The translations under genes were made by a program, and so were the position numbers. A stretch of 64,000 nt of DNA from assembly GCF_006345805.1 (NCBI RefSeq), contig NC_043023.1, positions 8,370,001 through 8,434,000 of the forward strand. Reading direction: 5' to 3'. The notes beneath the pieces are model-generated. The model made no database searches. It saw only the letters and a program-made list of their open reading frames with translations, and was not told where the DNA came from. Positions 14,041 to 28,468 of the stretch are shown here, piece after piece. The stretch is from Octopus sinensis (Eukaryota). Positions within the stretch are counted from its first letter, which is position 1, and each line of letters opens with the position of its first letter.

Positions 14041-14427
14041 GGATGGATAACTTGATACATGTCTCCAGTTCTAGTTTAGTTTTCTTTACCCTTTTTATCT
14101 CATTTATCAATAACTGCTCGTCGTTAATTCTATTCCTATTCTCATCCTTCTCTTTTGTTATAGTTTCAACTTTGTATATCAGTGTCATCCTCCTCCTCAT
14201 CATCATTCCAAATATTAAGAGCACCATCAGTAAATATTGTCATCATAATCATCGTCTGCGTCCTCGTAGTGGTTGTCACCATCATCGTCATCATGATCAT
14301 CATCTTCACCATCATCATCATCCTTACAGTCATAATCTTAAACCAACACTGCAATGCCAGCAGACCGAACAACTTCATCACTACCAAATCCAGCCACCGT
14401 CAATTTTCTTCATTAATTATCTTTCAG

Positions 14428-14499
14428 AGTTCTATCCAATAATGCAATCGAGAAAATTGAAAGCGGATCATTTGAAAATCTTCCGAATTTAAAATTTTT
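14428..14499 (+). CDS. LRR exon 2 (72 nt, phase 2-2)
   Basis: tttcag|AGTTCTATCC...AAATTTTT|gtaagt; VLSNNAIEKIESGSFENLPNLKF(L). Confidence 0.85.
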
Positions 14500-17400
14500 G
14501 TAAGTTGAACCAGTCTTGTTCATACTATATTCCTGAGTATATATTTCCTCAAATTTAATATCTTTCTATCTTTCTTTCTTAACCTTCTTTTGCCCTTCTC
14601 TAACTCACAATCTCTCTCTCTATATATATATATGTATGTGAGTGTGTGTGAGTTGAGCATGTTTGTGTGTGACGATGTATGTTTACATAAGTCTTTGTGT
14701 TCTACATCACTGTTTGGTATATTGTGAAATGGGCGTATATAGTCATATGTATAGTTAAGCCTGAAATATGTGGATAAATATATAGTCCGTCAATGTTTCG
14801 TCTTGGGCAGGAGATATTAAACAATTCTGTGATGATATCACGTTGTAATTTTACCTCGATAAATGAGCAAAAGCTACATTTATCAAAGGAAAAACGACAG
14901 GAACATCCCGCAGAGTGTCATAAAGGAATTAGAACCAGCGGAGAGATACATATATTTATCGGTAATTGAAGTGGAAATGATCAAATATTTAGTGATGAGG
15001 GAAAGGATCAGAATAGAATATTATCGCAGGGTAAAAGAAATATTCAAAGCAGAGCTGAATACAAGAAACAGGATCGAAGTGATCTGTACTTTTGCTATAC
15101 CAGGCGTAATATGTAATCTTGACAGAAAAATACGAAAATTTTTGACAATGCGTAGAATACATCACCCTAAAGCAGATGTAGAACGATTTTACCTGCCAAG
15201 AAAAGAAGGTGGCCGTAACATTTACAATTTGAATTAACAATGGAGAGTGCCACAATTCACCGAAACACCTACCTAAACAACTCTCATGACTGGATGTTAA
15301 GACTTGTCTCAAAGCACGAAAACAAGAAAGTGTCATACAAAATAACAAAACATGCAAAGGAATATCTAAGTGAATTCCAAATACAACAAATCCCAGAATT
15401 AGACGTACTAGAAGCAAGCACAGAAAAAGCTAAGCGAATGAAAGTATATTTAAAGAATCTGACTTAGATATTCTTACAGATAAATGACAAAGAAACATCT
15501 CAATGGCAAATACCCAAAGAGAGCTAATAGTACCGATGTTGGCAAAGCCTGGTGACATCTGCCACGTGAATATAGACATCGATACATGAATTTTGTGAGA
15601 TGCTATCAGCCTTTTCCAAAGCTTCACAACTTCACTCAAGACATGAAACGAGACGTCCAGTGAGACGTTGAATCTCTTAACCGTGCAAGGCTAACCATTG
15701 TAGACGTGTGTTCGTCTTATAGTTTTTTTTATGAGCCAGTTGAACAAAATAGTGTGGTTTTACAGTTTGCTGGAAATAACAGCCAAACCTCTCTCATACC
15801 ACGGCCTTAATAGTTTTAAGGAAAGGGAAAAATAGACGTACTAGAAACAAGCACGGAAAAAGCTAAGCGAATGAAAGTACATGCAAAGAATTTGACTTAG
15901 ATATTCTTGCAGATAAATGTCAAAGAAAACATCTCAATGGCAAATACCCAAAGAGAGCTAATGGTACCGATGTGGAAAAAGCCATTACCCATCAATGGTT
16001 AGTGTTTTCTAGCTTAAAATCAGACACAGACGGATTTAATATAGCAGCTCAAGATCAAGTTCTACCTACAAGAAACTACCATATTAAAGAACGGCAGTCA
16101 CCCAGCATGTCTTGTATGTAAATAACAAAAGGAAACCATTGATGATGTTGTCTCCATGTGCAGTCTTCTTGTGCATACAGAATATCTCAACAGGCATGAT
16201 TGAGCAGCACATCATATTCAGTGGTTAATTTGCAAAAACATAGACGTGCCACATGATACAATCTGTTGGGGACACGAACACCCTCCAGTTCTTGCAGATG
16301 ATCGCATCTCATCCTCTAGAACTTCGCCACTCAAAGTGACAGAAAGATAGATGCGAGTAGACGAGGCATTATATAGAAAAACTACAGGAAAAAAGCATGC
16401 CTCCTCATTTAAAACTGTCCCAATCGACATAAAAGTATCTGTCAAAACCTACAAAACTGAGCAAGTGTAAAGATCTTGAAAGAGAAATTAGCAAAATGTG
16501 GAACAAAAACAATGCCTGTTGTCATAGTTGCCCGAGGAATTATAGCAAAAGGCCTGAATCATACCTATCTCAGATACTAGGAAACCCCAAAATGGCAGCA
16601 ACTCAAAAGATAGCGCTAATGGGAACCGCCCATATCCTACGTAAAATACTGTGTATTTAATTTTAAGTTTTAAAACAAACTCATATTCTTTGAACATCAT
16701 TATGGTCATCTCCTTCAGGAAATCCCCAAACACCGCATTTTTTTCCTTATCTTCTTGCATTTAATTCCGTCGATATATTAAAACTGTTATGGCTAGTCTC
16801 TTCTATTATTGAATGTGCTGATATGATTTCTCGCGTCACACCGCATTCTTATGAGCCGCCACCACAAAAACCTATTTCCATTTGAAGAAAAGACTGATGC
16901 AATGAATACCTTATATATAGGTCCTCTAGGCTGAAGCTTTGATACCATAAAATGATCCACGAATGAGATGTGTATCACCGAATAAAAACAAAGCAATTCT
17001 CTCACAATACACTACATGCATCTCCCAGAGGCAGATATAAATAAACTATACGTCCCACGTGAGGATGTAAGAGTGCGCAGAAGCTTCTGCCACTCTTGTA
17101 AAATAAGAGTAACCATAAGGTTAGATGACAAACAAAAGAAAAGCAAAGACTCTCTATTAGTATGAAAGTAGTAAGTCATACACACCTTTCTTTTTCAGTA
17201 ACTTCCTAAACCTGTCTTGCCACTTGTCACAGTGAGGTGGTGTGGTGCTACCCAAATCAGGGTTTTCATCACATACATGTGAAGCCAAGAAATTCTCCAC
17301 CGCGCTCCAATTCCGTGATGCATTACCCTCGTACCGAAAGCCTGTCTAACGCAACATCTAATCACAGAGAACCAAGATTTCCCTGAGGCTGCTTATGAAG

Positions 17401-19603
17401 TGCTTCAAATTGTATTTTCCACTCAGGACTACGTTGCTCAGCCTTTTTCACAGGAAATCGCTTCCTTCTCTTCAATGAGGATATTGAAATGTCATGTTCG
17501 GAGAACTGCCAAATGATCCATGGCGGATGCTCTATTTTTAACTCCAGGTCTTAAAATTACCGGGAGACATCACATGTCCACTGTAGATAGTCGCTTTCAG
17601 AATCCTTGTTGCTTTCACAATAAGATTATGTGTCACTCCGGTTAAATTTAAACACCTTCCCCAGGTTTTTCACTGTCTTCTAGATGATGGATAGTAAGTG
17701 ACCGCTACTGACTGAGGAATACCTGCTTCTGAGGCCAACTTTGTTGATTGACGAAGCTGAAACTCTTGTGACTCCCAGTCATAAACTACTCAAGTCACTT
17801 TAGGATCGTCCATGCCATTATGGCAGATGTTGTAAAGAAAGTTAGGTCAAGACTACGACTACAAGTACTCAATCTTCCTCGGTATGACTCAGCTTACAGT
17901 TGCAGTTTAGTATTCCCCCACTTTTCACTACATTTACTTGGGTGGTGTAGAGTTCTCTCTCACTCCACCCTCACCGTCATTTTAAATGGAATTTTAAGGC
18001 TTCGATGAGAGTTTGATCGTATTATCTCTCTCTCTTCAACCGTTCTGTATTCTCCACCACACTACCTCTCTGCTTATAGCCTGTTCGCCAGCTCTCCTTA
18101 GTTCCAGTTCATTTGAATGGTTCCAACAAGCAAAATTTGTTGTAGGTTACTGCGATCCAGCCTCTGGAAACACGACCGAATCCGGCTTCCTTCAGTGCAG
18201 GCGCCAACAGTTGGCATTTGATTAACACAAAATTAGGATTTCATTGGAAACGCATTTGTTACTCATTCTGTCTGTGATGTACTGTGCAAGCAGGAACCTG
18301 TTGTGCTTAGATGATTTTGATATGGAATCTTCGGCATTTAGCCTAATTACGGGTCTCAAATTATTATCAAATACATTTTGTTAAAGTTCTTTCTCAACAT
18401 TGCCGTGACCCCCACCTTTTATCAGGGCTAAGAACCATCTCGTTCTTCTTCCCTTTGTTGTAGACACCTGCCATTGCACTCACTGCTATTTATGGCAAAT
18501 ACTTTTACACTGCGTAAGGCTGATCCTCAAGCCATGGCGACATCTAATCCGGCATCTCGAATACCGCAACAATTTTCCACCATTTGTAGAACGGCGTAGT
18601 TTCATTCGAGTGTTGCCGCAAGCCGTCTACGTAGACGGTTAAGAGCTTCATAGTCAATGGACCACTAGCCTCCACAAACTGATGCACGTAGTGTTTCCTA
18701 AAGGCCGCAAATATCTGCTTAGAATCGAAGAGAACGCATCTCACCTGATTCATCAACACCAAATTATTTTCCGATGCCACGTTGCACCTACTCTTATTCA
18801 CCCATATGTCGGACATTGTCATTAAAGCATGCAAAAATGAAAACAATCCTAGTGTTTACCGTTGGAGAAGCGGACAAGAGCCAATCTCGTCGGTGGCAGC
18901 GGCACTTGCAGTGTATTGGGTAGTCCCTTTATTCCCTCTAGAGTGTGTTTCTGTGTAGAAATATATAAAATTTATATGTATATAATTCATATTTGTGTTT
19001 GTGTGTGTATCTGTGTTCCTGAGCTTAAATCTTTTTCCCTACCTCTTCATTTACTTATATATAAATTCACATATATAAAGGTGTTGATATAAATTCCAGG
19101 AAGCATGAGGGAAGGTGTTGTTTACACTGGTTCAGTTCACATCTAACTGTTGCAGATAGAAATTTAGTAGTAGTAAGGAATATAGGGAGGTAAGGCAAAG
19201 TAAAGGACATTATGGGGGAATAAGGGTGCCATAGACAAAGATTAGTTTGTTTCTGTGGTGATAGAAAATCTAGGTCCTGGAAGTTATATCAACACCTTTA
19301 TGGTTGGATTTAACTTTTCTGAGAATTTAATAATCATTTCAAGAATTTAAAAAAAAAACTGTGCATTGTTGGAAGACATATAAAGACTTCTTATTACCTT
19401 ACTTCAAAGTCATAGAACTCACTCTGAATGCTTCATAAGGATATTTACATTCTCTAGGATGGTTGGAAAACATATATGTGATTTAGCTGATGAATACTTG
19501 ACATTATATTTGCTGTAATATTTGCAGCTTTAAATAAAAGTGTTCTCAGTATGAAAACATTTGTACCGAATTACTGATCCATTTATGTTACTCTTCTCTT
19601 GGC

Positions 19604-19711
<108 letters not shown>

Positions 19712-19714
19712 ATA

Positions 19715-21209
19715 TACAACTTATAAACAAGGGCAAAAGAAAGAGAATTCAATGCCAAATATGCCGAAATAGACTTAATCGTCAATAACCATATAATTTA
19801 TCACTATAAACACGCGTCTCGAAAGCAAGCTGATAGAAATTTCTAAAATATTTCGTTATTATCGGATCGATCCCCATTTCTGAGTTAATTCATTTAGAAT
19901 TTTCTCGTCATCAGCGATAAATACGATAAGAAAATAAATGAGATACTTACTTGTACCTATGGAAGAAGTAAACACTAAGTCATGAACACACTTAAGTACC
20001 CCAAATATATCCAAAATAGAAACTCCGCAGCATACCTCGAGACACGTGTGAAGGGACTGAAAATTCTCTTAGAGAATTCTCTTATCGTATTTATCGCTGA
20101 TGACGAGAAAATTCTAAATAAATTAACTCAGAATTGGGGATCGATCCGATAATAACGAAAGTTGTTTTCGAAAATTCTATCGGCTTGCTTTCGAGACGTG
20201 AGCTTATAGTGATAAATTATATGATCATTGACGATTAAGTCTATTTCGGCATATTTGGTATTGGATTATTTTTCTATTGTTCTTGTTTATAAGTTGTTTG
20301 TAAATTTAACCTTTAAAGGCACTTCTTTAACGTGCTGGCCATTGATAACATTTTTTCGAATATTTTATCCTATATTAGATGTAAATTTAATACTATTCAC
20401 TTCCGGACTCTCTCACTCTATGAGAACTTTCAGTCCGATCACACCTGTCTCGAGGTATGCTGTGGAAGTTAGTGTTTAGTCCTCCTATATATTGACTGAT
20501 TGCACTATTGTGGTCATTAAGGTTTTACTTTCATATCATACTACGGAAGACGGTAGAGATTATAATTTTTGTATGATTTAAAAGATTTCACGCTATTTAG
20601 TTACGTATTTAGGAGTTGTAATTTACTAATTGAATTTATTTATTGATACGGTTATACATAGGGTAAATGTGGTTGAAATTTGTGGTTTCTTTGATTTCTT
20701 TGTTCCTAAACAACACTTATTTTAGTGCTGTTCACACCGCCGGATTGAAGGGTAGTGACCAGGTGTCGAAACCATAATGGTAACAGTGGCGTAGGTATGT
20801 TGGATTGTTGCTATGGTTGTGGAATAGTATTATAACACAGATCCTTTTAATATATAGATGTGTGTGTGGGTGTGTGTGTGTGTGTGTTTGCGTGTTTGTG
20901 TGTCGGTAGATTAAGTTTACGGGAAAATAAAAGTAAAAAACTGGAGTTAGATTCAACGCTCGGGAAATTGAGAAATTCTTTTACTTTCGAACCTATGCTC
21001 CTCAACAGAAAGGAAAAGGAGAACATGAACAAAAAGGGATTAAAAATCTTGTCTATTTAGGGATCAAGCATGGCAACTGGTTAGGAAAAACATAGCTTGA
21101 CGGGAGAGATAGAGAGTCGGGGATATAATAAACAACTGGAGATCCCAAAACAGTGGTGTGCGTACGGATGTGTATGTAAGAATGTGTAAGTGTGTGTGTG
21201 TGTGTGTGT

Positions 21210-21245
<36 letters not shown>

Positions 21246-21436
21246 GATAGGGGCTAATGACTATGATGTGTGGATGTATGCGTGCGTAGCTGTGTGCGTA
21301 GGTATGTTGTGTGCAAAAGACACCGAGAGAATGAGTGCTAGTCTTTCAACAAATACATGCTGGGCTCGATTGGTTCGAATAAAGGCTCTAGCATGGCCAT
21401 TGTCAAATTACTGAAAAAAGTACATGTATAAACGTG

Positions 21437-21506
<70 letters not shown>

Positions 21507-21714
21507 CACACACACACACACAAATATATACTTATACACATTGATATATGTGTGTATGTGTTTACCTATCTGTCTGGCGATTGATAGATACATTGATAAA
21601 CTGATAGACAGATAGATAGATGGATGGATAGATAGATAGATAGATAGATGGATAGATAGATAGATAGATGGATGGATAGATAGATAGATGGATGGATAGA
21701 TAGATAGATGGATG

Positions 21715-21749
<35 letters not shown>

Positions 21750-21770
21750 GGATAGATAGATAGATAGATG

Positions 21771-21817
<47 letters not shown>

Positions 21818-21835
21818 GGATAGATAGATGGATGC

Positions 21836-21880
<45 letters not shown>

Positions 21881-21918
21881 CTGATGGATAGATAGATAGA
21901 TAGATGGATAGATAGATG

Positions 21919-21981
<63 letters not shown>

Positions 21982-23850
21982 GGATAGATAGATAGACAGA
22001 TAGATAGATACATGTCTCCAGTTCTAGTTTAGTCTTCTTTACCCTTTTTATCTCATTTATCAATAACTGCTCTTCGTTAATTTTATTCCTATTCTCATCC
22101 TTCTCTTTTGTTATAGTTTCAACTTTGTATATCAGCGTCATTCTCCTCCTCATCATCATTCCAAATATTAAGAGCACCATCAGTAAATATTGTCATCATA
22201 ATCATCGTCTGCGTCCTCATAGTGGTCGTCACCCTCATCGTCATTATGATCATCGTCATCATCACTATCAACATCATCCTTATCAGTCATAATCTTAAAC
22301 CACACATGCAATGCCAGCAGACCGAAACAACTTCATCACTACCAAATCCGTCACCGTCAATGCCTACATCATAATAATTATCGCTTTCATCATCACTTAA
22401 CACAATGCCATACATCTTCATTATTATCTTCATAATCTTCACTTATCATTTTTACAATCGTCTTCACCAAATTGTCTCACTTCTACTTATTTTCTTTCTA
22501 TTTCAGCAGCTAATTCATTGGACATAATATTTGAAATATATGACTAATCACTTCTATATTATCTTTTGTAAATTATCTTTCAGACGTCTAGCCAATAATG
22601 CAATCGTGAAAATTGAAAATGGATCGTTTGCAAATCTTCCGAATTTAAAAATTTTGTAAGTTGAACCAGTCTTGTTCATACTATATTCCTGAGTATATAT
22701 TTCCTCAAATTTAATATCTTTCTATCTTTCTTTCTTAACCTTCTTTTTCCCTTCCCTAACTCACATTATCTCTCTCTCTATATTTATGTATGTGAGTTGA
22801 GCGTGTTTGTGTGTGACGATGTGTGCTTACATAAGTCTTTGTGTTCTACATCACTGTTTGGTATATTGTGAAATGGGCGTATATAGTCATATGTATAGTT
22901 AAGCCTGAAATATGTGGATAAATATATAGTCCTTCAATGTTTCGTCTTGAGCAGGAGATATTAAACAATTCTGTGATGATATCGCGTTGTAATTTTACCT
23001 CGATAAATGAGCAAAAGCTACATTTATCAAAGGAAAAACGACAGGAACATCCCGCAGAGTTTCATAAAGGTATTAGAACCAGCGGAGAGATACATGTACA
23101 TATCGCTGTTTGAAGTGGATATGATAAAATATTCAGTGATGAGGGAAAGGATCAGAATAGAATATTATCGCAGGGTAAAAGCAATATTCAAGATAGAGCT
23201 GAATGCAAGAAACAGGATCGAAGTGATCTGTACTTTTGCTATACCAGGCGTAATATGTAATCTTGACAGAAAAATACGAAAATTGTTGACAATGCGTAGA
23301 ATTCATCACCCTAAAGCAGATGTAGAACGATTTTACCTGCCAAGAAAAGAAGGTGGCCGTAACATTTACAATTTGAATTAACAATGGAGAGTGCCACAAT
23401 TCACCGAAACACCTACCAAAACAACTCTCATTACTGGATGTTAAGACTTGTCTCAAAGCACGAAAACAAGAAAGTGTCACATAAAATAACAAAACATGCA
23501 AAGGAATATCTAAGTGAATTCCAAAAACAACAAATCCCAGAGTTAAACGTACTTGAAGCAAGCACAGAAAAAGCTAAGCGAATGAAAGTACATGCAAAGA
23601 ATCTGACTTAGATATTCTTACAGATAAATGACAAAGAAAACATCTCAATGGCAAATACCCAAAGAGAGCTAATGTACCGATGTTGGCAAAGCCTGGTGAC
23701 ATCTGCCACGTGAATATAGACATCGATACATGAATTTTGTGAGATGCTATCAGCCTTTTCCAAAGTTTCACAACTTCACTCAAGACACGAAACGAGACGT
23801 CCAGTGAGACGGTGAATCCCTTCAGCGTGCAAGGACCACCATTCTCGACG
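19715..23850. repeat. Tandem segmental cassette A, copy 3 (head portion, one LRR exon)
   Basis: Homologous to 11830-15700. Confidence 0.9.
22584..22655 (+). CDS. LRR exon 3 (72 nt, phase 2-2)
   Basis: tttcag|ACGTCTAGCC...AAAATTTT|gtaagt; RLANNAIVKIENGSFANLPNLKI(L). Confidence 0.9.
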
Positions 23851-24200
23851 GACACTGGAAAGCGCTCCAGAAAAGCTACTAACATCTGCTTGCAATCAAT
23901 GAACACTCGCCTTTAGTGATTCATCAAATGTCAAATTTTAGTTTCTTGATCTGATGCAGCTCCATCCTTGGACCAATCAAGCGACTGATGGCAGCTTTGC
24001 TTTCACCCAGCTTTCATCGCATTTACTTGGACGGTGTAAAGTACATCTCCGTCAACCGTCATATTCCTTTTCAAACGGAGTTTTAAACATTCGATGAGAT
24101 TCTGGTAGAAGTCTCTGTCTCCAATATTTTCCATGTTCTCCGCCAAATACCTCTCCCTACTGTCTGTTCGTCAGCTCTTCTTTGTTCCCGTTCATCTAAA
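23690..24200 (-). mobile_element. Degenerate L1/Tx1-like ORF2 C-terminal fragment (partial copy 15540-15705)
   Basis: Weak translation resemblance (VFIDCKQMLVAFLERF...VVKLWKRL). Confidence 0.3.
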
Positions 24201-24454
24201 AGTTTCCAGCAGGTGACCGTTTGCATACATACGTGCATGTATACATACATACATACATACAGATACACACACACACACACACACATATATATTATATATA
24301 TAGAGAGAGAGAGAGGAGGGAGAGAGATGAGTATATTTTCCCTTGTTAACAATTAACACGAATAAATAGATAAATAATTACCAGGGTAGCAAATTACATA
24401 TATATATATACATATATATATGTGACCATAAAGTGACCATATACATACATACAT

Positions 24455-24532
<78 letters not shown>

Positions 24533-24569
24533 ATATATAACATATGTAATTTGCTACCCTGGTAATTAT

Positions 24570-25725
24570 GTTTCGATCAAAGATTGGTCCAGGCCATGTC
24601 TAACTTAATGGCACCACTTGATAGGATTATCAAAATCCTGTTTAAGTCTAGGTTTGTTTATGGTCCATTCAAGTAGTGAGTTTTTGTTGAGTGAGTTGTA
24701 TTCAGGTATGGGTGGCTTAGCCGGTATTCCTTGAAGAAATCTGTCCAGACTCCGTGTTAAGTTGATGGGATCCTCTTCCTCTTTGATCTCTTCCGGCACA
24801 ATGTTAAACAAGGCAGGGTCTGTTGAGGAAAAGAAATTATGTTGCAGTGAACCTATATGCTCTGATCCTGAATTGGGCAGGGGACGTGGTCCCAGCTTTG
24901 GATGAACCTTGAAAGTAATGCTCAGGTCGTTTGGGCAAAGTTGGCGGTATATTCTCCACATCGTACAAATGATGTACCACTTACGGCGACACTGGAGAGA
25001 GTAGAGTTTTAAGGCTTTAAGGCGGTCCCAATAATCGAGAGCAGTCATGCCTTCAATTCGTTTAGTGAATGCCTTCTGGGGTGATTCAATCCTCGAGATG
25101 TTTTTTCTTGTATGGGGAGACCACAGTGGGCAGCAGTATTCGAGTGTGGCCGTACAAAGGAGGAGAAAAGTGGTATGATGCCACCTTGTTCTCTGGACCG
25201 GAAGGTTCTTAAGTTCCAGGTGATCATCCTACGAGCTATATCAACCTTATTATTGAAGTGTGCACTCCAACTGAGATTGTCATCAAATATTACGCCCAGG
25301 TCTCTGATATTGATAGAGGCTGTGAGCGGTTCCCCTGAAGGAAGAGAATATGGCTGCTTTAGTGTGGACTTTCTTCCAAAATGCATCAGCTCAAATTTTC
25401 CCTCGTTCAGTTGAATTTTGTTTTTGTCTGCCCATAGACTCACAGTATACAGATCAGACTGGAATTGAGTTCAGTCCGCTTCTTCGTTGATGATTTGCTG
25501 GAGCTTAGTGTCATCAGCAAATATTTTCACTTTGCAGTAATGTACGACACTGGAAAGGTCATTTCTGTAAATTATAAAGAGGATCGGGCCCAAGAAAGTT
25601 TAGTGACTTTTGCTGGGCTTGTGTGGACTCCATCGACTACAACATGTTGTGTTCTATTCGCTAGGAAATACTTAATACAGTGCAGAAGTTTTGCACAGAT
25701 TCCAACATTTGCCAATTTTGAGAGT
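24570..25725 (-). mobile_element. CR1/Jockey-clade LINE, 5'-truncated
   Basis: LGPILF, KIFADDTKL, FELMHFG, IRDLGVIFDDNLSW, DYWDRLKALKLYSLQ. Confidence 0.9.
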
Positions 25726-25761
25726 AGGATCATTCGAAAATGTACCCAGATTAAGGGTTTT
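25726..25761 (+). pseudogene. 3' half (36 nt) of a seventh 72-nt-type LRR exon, decapitated at a CR1 junction
   Basis: AGGATCATTCGAAAATGTACCCAGATTAAGGGTTTT|gtaagctgg is homologous to the 3' half of exon 4 and its donor and intron (GSFENVPRLRVL); the 5' half is replaced by antisense CR1 sequence. Confidence 0.85.
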
Positions 25762-27011
25762 GTAAGCTGGATCAGTCTCGCTGATACGTTTTTGTTGACT
25801 ATATTTCTAAATATTTAATGTGTTTCCATCTTTCTTTCTCGTCATTCTTTTTAACATTCTCTAAACCCCATCCTCTGCGGTTGACATCATTGTTTCCTAT
25901 TATGCATGTGATTGAGACGGCGTGCTGGTAGATGTGTAATCACGTTGAACAAAATCTTGAGGTGCATTTCGTCCGCTTTTGATTGCTGAGTTCAAATTCA
26001 ACCGAGGTCAACTTCACCATTTATCTATTTGTAATCGATCATTAGACATAATCAGTTAGCAGCCTCCGCCAGCATTCCAGGACGTGTGCCTATGATAGGA
26101 AGGATATTATATAAGTGCTGGTATGTGCATATCTATCTTTCTGTCGCCGGATAATTATTCATTCCTTTCATTTCCTTCATTATCTTTTCCTTTACTGTTT
26201 TCCTATTGAATTAGAAATACTAAGCAGAACATAATGCATTTGTTTTATGCTTCCAAAGAATTTGACTGTTTACCGTCAGAAACACATTGGAATCAGAGGA
26301 CGAGTTGGAGAAAAGTTTGCATTTAGCAGAATCATGCATCTGACACTTTAAAAATGTCCTCCTTCTCTAGGTCTTTCTCAGAAGCCCCATTACACCTGTT
26401 TTGCTTACATGTTGCAGTAGTCATCTACAGAAAGAGCCTCGAATATGTCTAGCATATGTCAGAACAAATCGTGTCAGGATGATGGTGACATCTACTTAGG
26501 GCATCCCTTCATCGATTTTCGAAATTCCGCTGCTGTTTTGCTCTTTTGCTGAACAGCGTATCTTCACTCGAATGTCGCAGCAAGCCATCCTGGTAGACAA
26601 TAAAGCACATCCCTGACTATGAGCTACTGTGTTCCACAAAGAGCTGCGCGAAGTGTTCCTTAAAAGCCGAAAACATCTGTATAAGCTAAAGTAGCAGACA
26701 ACTCAACCGATTATAGCCCCAGGAGGACATCTTCTTCACTAATGACAAACTGTCTGTGTCTGATTTGTATTAGCGAAAGGAAAAAACCATTGCCATCTCT
26801 AGCCTTACGTGATACACATACACCCGCGTTTCGATGACGAGTTACTACCCAGAAATCAGGGCCTGTCTTTATTACGTAAAACCAGAGACGGGAACCATGA
26901 TATTAGCTCGCAAATAGAAGTAAGACACAAGTAGTGTGTCGTTTTGGCAGCTAGCGGAGATAGTATCCCGGAGCTATAGACAACAGTAGCATTATCCCTT
27001 ATGGAACCGAC

Positions 27012-27059
<48 letters not shown>

Positions 27060-27409
27060 TATATCCTTCACAATATATACATGTATATTTCACTTCATAA
27101 TTTTATTGTAATCTCCGCTTCCAATTCTATTTTTTGTTCCTGTATAATTTCATTATCGTCATAAGCATCATGGCTATGAACGCGACCATCACCGTCCTCA
27201 ACACCACATTCATTATCATCTCATTATCATCACAAACGACATCATCAGTGGTCAATATCTACAATGGATATTACGCCGACATTTTATAATCAAATCTGCC
27301 GATAAATGCTATAAACTCCACATTCAATCTGTAACTGATTGATGTTACAATTCTTTGGGACTATCCAGTATGTACAAACTGGACAATCAAAACTAAAAGA
27401 CCAAAACAG

Positions 27410-27700
27410 TAAAGTCTGTTTATTGATTGACGTGAGCATTCTGTGTGATCATGATATCTGAGCAAAGGAATTCGATAAGCTAAGAAAATATAACGATTTG
27501 CTAATGGAAATGGAAAAGAAGTGGCATATCAAGCCGGTTATAATACCACTGATTGCAGGATCACCTGGAATGGTCAAAAAGAAACTCTAAATTATTTGAG
27601 AACCATCCCTGGCTTCTCATTCATGCAGGAAGTGCAAAAGATCGTTTTTTTTAACTGCTACATCACACATACGGAAACGAGCATTGGCCTTTGGATTTCC
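27410..27700 (+). mobile_element. Very degenerate R4/Dong 3'-end remnant
   Basis: KEFDKLRKYNDLLMEMEK; IPGFSFMQEVQKIV resembles the REL endonuclease C-terminus. Confidence 0.5.
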
Positions 27701-28429
27701 TTGTTCTTTCCGTTTATTTTCTTTCTTTAATTTTACTTCTTCTTATCTCCCTGTCTTTTGTGAGATTTATCATCGAGTATTGATTTTGTGAATTAGTACA
27801 AGAGGGAAGTGAAGAGCATTTGAGGATGTCGAAGCTGCAAATGGGTGATGTATGTGATGAAGGAGCAGATCTTGGTAATAATGTAACACCTCGTAGAGAA
27901 CGCAAAACCGTTCTCTCCTCCTACACTGACGCCCTCGTGTTGCGTAGCTCATGTGATTATCCATGTTTTAAAACTTGTTATTAAAACAATAAATCTTCAC
28001 AATAATTGTCTCAATTGAAAAACATACGAATGTATTAGACAGTTTGTGTATAAAAGGTGTAAATATTTCAGAATATTCAAGGACACAGTATATGGAATAA
28101 GGAAGGAAGGGGTGATCTTATACTTGGTAGTGGGACGATGAAAATTGCACGCTGAAAAAAAATCAAACAGCGTTTCAACTCTGTGTGAATATATGTGTGT
28201 GTATGTAAAAGGGGAGTGTGTGTGAATGTGTGTGTGTGTGTATGTGTTTGTGATTGTGTGTGTGTGTGCGTGTGCTCTAGCATCTCTCATGCTCATGTTT
28301 ACATTCTGGTGTTCTGCTGAATTTTTTTTCTTGAGAACACACTGTTCGTGGTTAGGTGATTTGACTTCTATATCTAGCATATTAGGAGTTCACATTAGTG
28401 GTCATTCCTCTTAATTTGTATGTAATATA

Positions 28430-28468
<39 letters not shown>

